Part shown: piece after piece, positions 53,677-64,000 of the stretch
Layout: every line of letters begins with the position of its first letter
How positions within the stretch are numbered: the stretch's first letter is position 1
Origin: Marsupella aquatica
Taxonomy: Eukaryota > Plantae > Marchantiophyta
NCBI GenBank assembly: GCA_973895155.1
Contig: OZ316897.1
Location: forward strand, 12,461,375 to 12,525,374
Direction: 5' to 3'
Length of the DNA: 64,000 nucleotides
Notes under the pieces: model-generated
What the model saw: only the letters and a program-made list of their open reading frames with translations
What the model was told of the DNA's origin: nothing
The model's database searches: none
Program-made: the position numbers and the translations under genes

Positions 53677-56600
53677 TTGTCAGGAGTCACTTGACCCATC
53701 TGTTGACTCCCCATTTTGGTTTAGATAGGGACTAGCCCTGTTTTCGCCATCTCAGTTTGTTCAGTTTAGTTTGGCGGGATGGACTCCTGTTCCTGAGTCG
53801 CATCTCTCTGTTTCTAGTTCTCTGCTTTGATTCTATCTAGGTGCGACCAATCTATTGCAGCGCCTTTTTCCCACTGCTGGCTTGATGCTTCGCCAAGTGG
53901 TGGCTTGTTTCACTGCCTCCCTTTCAGAATACTATGTTATGGTTCCCTCTCTTCGTTGAGGCAGAGATTTTGTTTCATCTTGTGTCACTCCGGTCTACAC
54001 GTCATAATTGTGCTGCACAATGATGGTCCCCATTTGTATTTGTGATCACCATCTTCGTCCAAATGCTCCGATGCTCATCTTCTTGAGTTTAAGATTGAAG
54101 AGAGAGAGAAGATGATTGTGTTATATAGCAGTTTGAAGCAGATTATGATGGATGCACCATGCTAGTCCATAGAGGATGTTTTCTCTCGACCATGAGCATA
54201 GCCCAGATGGAGGAACCAAATGTGTTTGTGTATATCAATATCCATTGTATGTTGTACACTGGCTCCATGTGATGTCATAAAAAATTTATCCACATCATAA
54301 AAATTAACTAAATTTTCAAAAAAATAACAAAAGTCTTATAAATCCAAATTTATAGAAATTTTCTAATATATATATTCTATATAGTAAATCAATCATTAGT
54401 GTTAAAAATACTAGGCTAGTATTGCACCTGGTATCCCATATATACACTAAGTACCCCCAAGCTTTTGCCATGTTATCACATAAAATCCCTATCTAGAGGG
54501 TTCACTACAAACTATAGGTTCCAAAGTGTAACTTTTATGACCAATTATTACTTAGACTAGCTTGAGTGCCCATTCTATCAACATAAATAGAAGTGAGGAC
54601 AATCAAGTCTCTTGTACCATTTTGAGAGACTCATCTGCCCCAAACCCCCAATTTTCACTCACACTCCCAAAGTCACACTCTAGACTGTAGGCCCTTAAGC
54701 TCTTTACACATTCAATTGTCATGATAAATTTTCCTAACCATGAGATGGCCTAAAGGTGCCATTCTGTACAATTTTTTGTGCCCAACCTGTGACTCTCCTA
54801 TAGCTCACGCATTCCTTGAAATGCAATTACCAGTCAGGTTTGTTGATTTCTCACAACATCCAATTGCCTGGTCATCTCACTTATGTGTAGATTACTTGCT
54901 ATGGACAATATTTTGTGCTCACCTTTGCGTAACAACACTTCTGCTTAACACCATTTACTATTGACAATACTATATAAGCACTGCATACATTGGGCTAGTA
55001 GCACTTCCATTCAACACGGTGGACAATATTATGCATTTGAGTCTACACTCCAATCCATTGGGCTAGTAGCACTTCCACACAACATCATTTACTAAGGGTG
55101 GCTTTACAAGACGTTGGTGGCAGTTTTCACTTATTTTTTGGTCTTCAAGATGTGATGAGGGCCATCCATTGGGGAGAAAGTGTTGTTGTTCACTTCAAAA
55201 CATTGGGGGCACTTTTAACCTATGCTATTGCCAATCCCCTATGGAATGGACTGGGCCCCAATTTTTTCCCTCAGCGGGTTAATTAAGTGTATATTTTGGG
55301 ATACCACGTGCAATCTTAGCCTAATATGAATAGAACTATTTTATAAAAACAATTCCAAGAATATTCTTTATTTTAATATAAATAACCTATTTTATTTTAT
55401 AAAAATTATATATTATAAAATATTTTATAAACATGAGTTAATAATACCTTATTTTGCCTCCTATGCTTTTCAAAATTTTAGTTAATTTCTATCAAAAATA
55501 ACTACTTTGGATAGCACATGGTTCCTTAGATCTTTGATGGTCAACCCCCTTACATTTTTCCATGTGGAACACATTTTTGCCCTAGATTTTAGACCACCTC
55601 TATCGGAGGTCTCTTCTTGTTGCCCCTTGGTCCATTCTTATTTTGAGTTATTTGCATTAAAAGTGGTCCCACACATCTTTCATAAGATCTGATACTCTGA
55701 GAGCTAGAAAGACTCTAGCCAAAGAATACCATGACATTCAGGTAGAGTGGGTCCCTAATTTGTCGTTTATCAAACTAGCCTAGACTACGTGTTCCTTGAA
55801 CTGAATACCCGAGAGGACAATAAAAGTATCAACAAAGTATATTCCCTATTTACATTCTTGAAGTTTAGTTAAATGATAAAAAAACTCATCATGCATGTCA
55901 TCATTCTAATAATCATACATAACAAACCATACCATACTCCTTTCTATGCACATCCCTCTTTCTATGCACATATATTATGGTGGGACCCTAGAGCCTATTT
56001 TTGAATGTAAATAGAAACTATTACAAAAAGCATAGCCATGAGTATTCCCATACATATGGTGGGCCATAGAGTTATGGTCTAGAGGCTTCACTCTAGAAGC
56101 CTAGGCCCCAACTCTAGCTTATGGTTGGCGCTTTATAAATAAGATTACTCTAAGAGCAAGTGCTCCAGTTAGCTTTACAAGACCTTGGGGGCCATACAAG
56201 GACTCAAAAAAGGCTTTTTAGTTCCAGTACACTATATTTAGTGTAAGAAATGTAGCTCCACTTTGCCATGCTGTAAAAGCTCATAAGTGTAAAGCCACCC
56301 TAATTGACAATAATGTGACACGCTATTCAGTGTATGAAATGGCACTCCACTTTGCTGTGGTGAAAAAGCTCACAAAGTGTCCCCAAGGTCTTGTAAAGCC
56401 ACCCTAATAGACAATAATGTGTAACTCATTGACATGGCCCCAAGGTCTTGTAAAGCCACCCTAACAGACAATAATGTGGAACTCATTGACATGGGGCCAG
56501 CATGAGGATTACACATATTTGAAATCAACATCAATTAGACAATATTGTGCAACCTGGTGACATTGGGTCCAGGTTATCTTTTAATGTTTTTTGTTTTTAG

Positions 56601-56879
56601 CCAGTGTGGCAAATGTGACTCTTTCTAATGTAATAGATGCCAGGAATATTTTGTATCTCTTTTTCCTAAATTATTTCCTGATCCTCAAATATCCTTAGAT
56701 TTAGATTTATGGAAGACCGGGAATATTCTTTTATCTCTTTTTACTAATTATTTCCTGATACTCAGATATCAATAGATTTATGGAATACCATTAGATTTTG
56801 GCAAATTGGGTCCATGATTTGGTGGTAAAGTGACTAAGTGACACACATAGAATCTATCGAGTTTTTGCCATTTTTGGAA

Positions 56880-57137
56880 AAACACTTTTTGGGGGATGTG
56901 AAATTCGGCTAAAATTTGCACCTAAAAAATAAGCACTTTTGGGGGGAGGTGGAATTTGGGTAAAATTTCAGCCTAAAAACTAAGCACTTTTTTGGGGGAG
57001 GTGGAATTTGGGTAAAATTCGAGCCTAAAAAATAAGCATTTTGGGGGGGAGGTGGAATTTGGGTAAACTAAACTCCGAACCTAAAAAATAAGCACTTTTG
57101 GGGGGAGGTGGAATTTGGGTAAAATTCGCACCTAAAG
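56880..57137 (+). repeat. G-rich ~52-bp tandem repeat x5 (AAAATAAGCACTTTTGGGGGGAGGTGGAATTTGGGTAAAATT...) upstream of the DDA1-like/SAP gene
   Basis: Directly visible. Confidence 0.9.
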
Positions 57138-57867
57138 AATTAGCTGACTGGGTCAGCAAACGAGCTTCGCGCTCTGAATTTGAGTTTTGCCTCTCGTGTT
57201 GAATGTTGAAGGCCTATGCCTCCGCTTCCCGTCTTCTGCTCAGTAGACTACGAAGCCACTTCTGAGGAAGCAGCAAGGTTTCAATTTCGATCTTTCATCG
57301 TTGCTCTGCTACAGGTCTACTGCACCTCCGCAGCCCGAATGCACCACCAGGAGAACATCATTTTTGTACTGGAGCTGAAGGGTCTGTGTAGTTGAATGTG
57401 TGTGCCTGCACGCGGTTCCTTTCCTGTTGTTGCATTTTGCGTTCGAACAAACTCCGCTCTGAACGCAGCAGCAGGGCTTTCAATTTCTGGGAACGGGAGA
57501 CTGACGAAGAAGAAGATTCTCTGCTCTGTGGATGGAGTCGTGACTTGACATCAGATAGAAATCGTTTCTTGTTGGGGCATTTTGCGCCAACTGCGCTCTG
57601 AATGCAGCGGCAGGGTTTCAATTTTCCGCAAACGGAAGGAGTGAGAAGAAGATTGACTGTGCTGTGGATAGAGTCGTGACATGAGAAAGCTTGCTGACAG
57701 GTGAACGGAAAGAGGCGGAGGGTTTGGGGAGGGAGCAGATACTGAGCAGACGAACGAGTTTTGGAAGAAGATTGTGATTTTGTCGAATTCGCTTTTGAAG
57801 TGCTCGTGTTTTCGGAGCTTGCGAGGATCTTTGTGCTTGATCGAGGTTGTGGTGGTGGAGGGGGACG

Positions 57868-60602
57868 ATGTCAGGCGCGGCGGAGTTTCTGCAGGAGCTG
57901 CCATCGCAAGGATACTTTTCTTCCTGCCAACCGTCGTCGAATCCGGTTTTTGATTTTTCCCCTTTCCCTCGCTTTCGCGGTGCAAACTTTTGTTTAGGCC
58001 AACTTTAGGGTGCAAACTTATGTTTATGCATACTTTAGGGCTGTCGATGAGAATGTTAATTCCGTAAAATACTTGAACCCCGAGCATGGCGATTCCGATG
58101 TCTTGACTGTTCGTTGAGACGAGTCACCTCTTCTGGAGAACTTTTGCGTGCTCTCAAAAAGAGGGCGGTGCAGCACAGGCATTGCACTGTAGTTGGGGTT
58201 CCAGTATGTGCGAAAGTGGTACATGTCTTCTACAGGAGCCAATTGTTTTGGCTGAATCCTAGTGTTGCAGGTTTCTTTTGGTATGTCCTGAGGATTTTAC
58301 ATTTTGTTGCTGAATGAGCTTAGGCCACGCTTTTGGTCTTCCAATCGTTCTCCATAATCCTTCATAGGTCTCGAATGTTGTAATTACTTTGAGTCTGAAA
58401 AATGCCATAGACGTGTCGTTTGATTTGCCCTTACCGACTCGAGGAGAATTTGTATTCTGGATTTAATCGACGTGTGTAGTTGTCACTTAAAGTCGATTCA
58501 TCGGCGCTCTTCTGTACCATGGGCAAGAGATTTCCTCTGCTTTTGTTTTTCGCTCGCCCAAATTGGAGGGTATTCTTACACCAAACAATCCTTATGTGAC
58601 GAGATCTGGAAGCCTTGCTTCATGAGTCCGGGACAAGTATGCCTAACATCAAGTTTGGCTAACACTGTGCAAGCTAACTTCTCGAACGAAGTCCTCTTGT
58701 TGGCGCTCCAGTAACCATATGGAAGTTATTTACACTCAGATTGGGTTAGTACATTGGTCATCAGCCGTAGTTACTCCACTATATTCATCTAGGCATGCAG
58801 GTAATACATGCCCAGGATTGGAACTGCCCTAATTAGGTTTACTTTCTGTATGTTTTAACGAATGTCACGCCGATGTTTTGGCAGGGAGGATTGAGGGTGT
58901 ACATATGTGACCATGAAACAGCACCACCAGGTTGGACACCTTTCGTGAGGCTCTCGTTGAGAACTATTTGACCTTCCTTAGACGTTGTTGCGCGAAAGGA
59001 GAGTAATGTGTTGTTTAGAATGTTTTCGTGATCTTTGTTGATGAGGACGTATCGTATTCGCTCAACTGGTAGTACGAATTGAAAGGTACTGATGTTTTCA
59101 TGTAAAGTGCTGATCAAAGTCTGTCCCTGCAAATATTTTACTGGATATGCACGACCACAGAAGCCCAACGAATCAGAACAGACTCTACGAACATTCTCAT
59201 TCGATATTTGACCCTTAAGAAAGGGAAGGCTGATCAGAAATCGAAAGACAAAAGGAAAGGAGACGATGCAAAGGGCAAGAGGTAAGTTTCGTGGTATCGA
59301 CATCCGTGTTGTTGGCCAGGTTGAATTCAGAATTAATGTCGAGCTTCTCTCACCTATGGATATTCTTTCTTGATTCAAAGTTGCGAGTGATATTTTCTAT
59401 CTAGTCTACGACTATCTCTCATCTGACTGTAAGCCTGGTAGGGTGTCATTTACTTTCACCAAGGATAATTTCTCTCTTAACTGGACAGCATCTTGCTGTA
59501 CTTTACAACCTATTGCCACTCAAACACCACATCTGAAGATTACAACGCAGACTGCAGAAGCCTGGCCATTTTTTCGTTCTGATTTGTTTGCTAATGTTTT
59601 CTAATGTAGGCCTGCTGAGAGATCTTGCGATGAGAAGGTTATTACCAAGAGAATTAACGTTGGTGGTGGTCCTAGCAATGGCCGACGAGGTATGGTTTCT
59701 ATTTGTCCACAAAATTGTCTTCTGTGCTGCGTTTATGGTATTATGTTAGTGACTGGAAATGGTCTGCTTCATCTGCCTTCGGTTGTTTTTAAGCTTTAAT
59801 ATCGGAATAATATTACTATTGCTGAGATGGTTCTCCATATTGATGGAGATACTCAGAAACGAATACCACTTTCCTCACTTCCAAAGTAAAACAGTGAAGT
59901 GAATGTCGGAGGGACCTTTTAGAGGGATCTTTGAATTATGAATACCTTCCGCATAGACTCTCGCCATATTTCCAATCACATGAGAACCTGGTCGTAATCT
60001 CACTAACGATCATGGTCTACCTCAGAAGCTGGTGCAAGTCGCCTCTCTGACAAGGAGCTGCAAGGTTACACTATTCCGAAGATCAAGGCCCTGCTGAAGG
60101 AAAGAGGTCAACCTTTAAAAGGCAACAAGGTAACATCCTCCTGCAACCAATATCATCATTGAAGCCCAACAATCTGTCAGTTGGATCGAACTGAATGGAG
60201 TTTTATTTTAATTATTCCAAAATCATGGATGACAAATATTTACTGTCTTGTATGCCTAGATAGGATCTCCTTATTATAATAAATATAATGTTATATGAAC
60301 TTAGGATAATAAATGTCACTATTGAAAGCCTTATATCAAGAGAATGCCTTCAATGCCAAATAACAATACCCACGAATGAAGAATGCTGGATCAACGCAGC
60401 TATATCCACCTAACTGGATTGATTAAATTCATCTGAGCACAATTCTGTGTTCTCTGTTACTGTGACAAGGGTTATAAGCAAATGCTTGTGTGCGATTTGC
60501 ATGTATGTCCGCTTGTCACGTAATGAAAGCGATTGATTGCAACTCCTGCTCGTCATGTTGCAGGAAGAGTTGATTGCCCGCTTGAAAAAGTCGTTCTCTT
60601 GA
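57868..60602 (+). CDS. Small protein with a DDA1-like N-terminus and C-terminal SAP domain, 6 exons, ~155 aa
   Basis: Exons 57868-57945, 58885-58930, 59161-59281, 59610-59689, 60026-60129, 60564-60602 (468 nt, in frame); not represented in the ORF track. [50 protein letters not shown] is DDA1-like. LQGYTIPKIKALLKERGQPLKGNKEELIARLK is a SAP consensus. Confidence 0.88.
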
Positions 60603-63600
60603 GCACGGTGAAACCGAGGAAACAGAAGGTGTTGAATTATTTTCGACCTTTACAAGTTGATCATCTTCAAGTGTAAATTGAGTCTCAATCTTGTACAGCA
60701 GGTCAACATTTGGGCTGATGCATTTGCGGCCTTTTAATTACACCGCAAGGTTGGGGAACGTACATACAGCACTACCTCACAAGAGTTATTTCAACCCACT
60801 GCTTAGTAGTCCTGTAAAGATTTTGCAGCACTCCCATCACTACAATTGCAACACCAAGCTCCTCTGGTCTCACAGGGAAACCCAAGTGCAGGTCAAAAAC
60901 CTCGTGCTCTTGTGATGTATACTTTGGAATTCTTTCTAGGGGTAACCATCCAGCACCCACTGAATAATAGCACTTCTAGATAAATGTGCTAAGTCCTCTG
61001 TCAGGTCTGGAATCGTTTAAAATTTTGTAGACTCGGGGTTCTTGAGGTTAAGTGTACTAGTTGTCAAGATCTCTGTGAGATGTACTGAATGGTCTATACC
61101 CACTGGGATTTGTCAAATTTTAATTGCGAGAGGATGAGACTAGCTTTGACTGGCTCATGAAAGGAGGACATGAGAACTGTGTATCATTTTATACTGAGCC
61201 TGATTCCATCATATTCCAACACTTGTCCTGCAAAGTGAATGCTTAGAGTGAACTGGCAGAATCATGGTTCACACATCTTTCATCGTTCGCCACAGCTTGG
61301 GCTCGCCTAATTGGCCATAAACTCTAAATGTTATGCATGACATTCAATGGAAAACGTGTGTCTCCTGAAAACAAGTCAAATCACTAATGCGGTGCAGCGT
61401 TCATGAAATGAGTCTTCTCTCGTATACTCAAGAGTGGGGAAGTCTTCTCCCCACTCATCCCCAATCCTGCAGTGGTTTGCTGTTATGAATCTCTAAAGTC
61501 AAGGATAACACGGGATGGGGCCAGCGGAATTGTCTAGACGGAAAATATGAGGGTAAGCATAGGTTGCATTCTTTAGAGCTCAAACTTGTTCTTGTGCGCT
61601 CTTAGGTGATTTCCATCTTGACTAGTATAACTCTGTCTCTTTCGTGTGTTATCCTCATGACTGCCTTACCTCAATATTTTTTGTGGGAATCGGAATACAT
61701 GCATGGATTTAGGTCCAAATATGCCTATGATTGTTCTAGTTTTGAGTTTCCCTCAAATGCTCAAACTCCGACCAATCTGGATTGAGCTCAGTATTGCTTC
61801 ACCCATTGCTAAAGAAACGTAGCTTAACCCATGGCGTGGAGGGTGTTATAGCCCATAACCCCAAACAGGCTCTGGGTTAGTAAGTGACATTATTTTTTCC
61901 CACATAATTTGAGATTTTGAGATTTGGCAAGACTGGCTGGGGATTATGAGACTTCATACAGGCTGGCAAAGGGGTTATGGCTGGGGACCTTCCATGAAAC
62001 TACAAAGGAAAAATGAGAGGAGCGGGTTATGAAGGGCGAAACACACACACACAAGTCCAAACAACTCTTCACATGGCTGAAAGAAGGAGACTTTATCACC
62101 CCCTAAGACAGTTGCTCTGTTTCACAGAATCAATTACAACACTTCATCCATGAGGTCTCTGGTCTTTTGAGTCACATGTCTTTCTTGCATCTCTTACTGA
62201 ATATTTTCTGAGAAAAAGAAAAGTTTTTGAGGTTTGAGACCCCCTTAAAGAATTGTGGAGACAGCCCAATAGTTAGACCCTTGGCTTGTGTGGAGGAGGT
62301 CTGCTGTTATTCCTGATCATGCAGGTTCCTCAATGTTTCTTTCTTACCATGTTTAACCAAACTAACTGAAAGGAATCTGCTCACATATCCCCAAAACAAA
62401 CTAAATATTAGTGGGGGTGAATGGAAACAGTGATAAGTAGATTTCCTAAAACAATTAAAAAGGGGTTCCCAGTAATTCCAAATGGCCAGAATTACAAAGG
62501 GAAAACCCTTCTAAAGCATATTAGACAACAGATCATTACTTTTAGAAATCAAACATTATGTGCAGGTCAAGTACCTTTTCCATAAGGGGAACTCATAACA
62601 ACTTTCCCAACTTACTGGGGTCGTTAACTAACTCAATTGGGTATTCAGCAAGTAATTTTTTTTAAACTTGTCCATTTAGGCGTCTCAGAACTTGGCAATA
62701 GGAGTATAACTCAAGAGTTTATGGGAACTCCCATATAAAGTTGTAGGAACATTCTGCTCCTGTAAGGAAAGGCAGCAGGCTAATACCTAACCAATAAGCC
62801 TAACCATATTCTGTTACTTTAGGCTGGAATCCATAAATTCAACAATCCACAAAGCTGAAATTGAAGGCACCAAGAATTCCTGGGCAGCTGGAAAGCAAAC
62901 AAATTGTCCGCAGTCATCACCAAATTGGAATTTTGGTAAAAAATAACCTGCCAGAGTTTTGGTTTGAGACCGCTCACACCACTCATCCGCTGGTTAACTA
63001 AACATCCATGATTTTTGAATGGACATGGACTATTCTAGAAGGAGGAAATGATTCTCGAAGGGTGATCACACAATTTATGCGAGCAATTTTGGTGCAGGTA
63101 CCAGTGTGCTGACCGCGCTAGTTGGTGATGGTCGCATTTTGCGACTCAGATGTGATCATGTGGCCCTTTGTGCGCCCGATAGTTTTGGGAAAATGTAGCA
63201 TTTCTATGATCAGACAATCTAACACAAATCTTGGGTATGTATTTCCCAACTACAAGAGAGTTTGTAACAACTATATAGTCATTTTTGTTTTTTCCACAAG
63301 GCAAAGGTTGGGACCTGCAAGGGCCAGAAACTTTCCAGACCTTGTCCTTTAGACACCACAAATTATGCCGTCAGACCTGGTGCATGAGGGCGGACTGCAA
63401 GAGTTTACTTGTTCATTCATAGCCTCACGCGAATCAAGTTAAGGGCCATTTTTTGAAAGACACTTCACATGTGAGTTGGCCCTTAGGACTGTCTTGCATG
63501 TGCAAGAGTCCTGAAAACTGCGGCCCTTACCAAGCCACAGATGCCGGGAAAAAGTTAAAACCAAATGTTTTGTTTTATTACATTTTAAAGGTACAGGACC

Positions 63601-64000
63601 TCAAGGGCCGAAAATTTTCCGGCCCTTGCCCTTGTATCTCCACAAAAGACTCCATCAGGACTGCCGCCCTCTCGCTGCCTCAACTCATGACACGAGTTCA
63701 TTTTAGGGCCGATTTGCAAAGGACCAAAGACATGCAAGACGGCCCTTAGTCTACGACCCAGCTAAACCCCGGCCAAACTATTTCAATCACCAGAAACCTT
63801 CAGGGAAGAGTTCATTTGAGACGCCCCGTTAAATTACACAAGTCACTTAAATATTTAATTACACAAGATCTCCTTAGGAAAGCTAGTACGGAACTTTAGT
63901 ACAGTTCAGACCGTACAGTACAATTTGCGACACCTGCCTGATCTTCCCCTGCCCGTTTCGGGTAGCCTGGACCGGTTTAAAGCTACCCCGCCATTGCCCG

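Overview
Eukaryotic, intron-rich land-plant nuclear DNA. Long 5' leaders and protein divergence suggest a bryophyte or liverwort-like genome (inference). Seven spliced + strand genes were reconstructed by hand from splice sites and protein motifs: PTOX (2.8-6.1 kb), a divergent ALG13-like glycosyltransferase (8.5-9.9 kb), HMG-CoA reductase (19.4-21.9 kb), an STR14-like chloroplast rhodanese (30.5-34.0 kb), a MEE22/EMB1611-like coiled-coil protein (37.4-44.4 kb), an RLK/Pelle receptor kinase with an unresolved and apparently decayed ectodomain (48.8-51.5 kb), and a small DDA1-like plus SAP-domain protein (57.9-60.6 kb). Intergenic DNA holds the 3' end and LTR of a Ty1/copia element, two outward-facing Helitron-type ends bracketing HMGR, a probable solo LTR, a foldback/MITE family and many tandem repeats. 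Best leads: (1) the MEE22-like C-terminus resembles the C-terminus of animal ICE1, the Little Elongation Complex scaffold, hinting at an undescribed plant LEC; (2) the ALG13 paralog has an intact ORF but rewritten sugar-nucleotide-binding motifs; (3) the kinase appears to be losing its LRR ectodomain. All homology comparisons are from memory; no searches were run.
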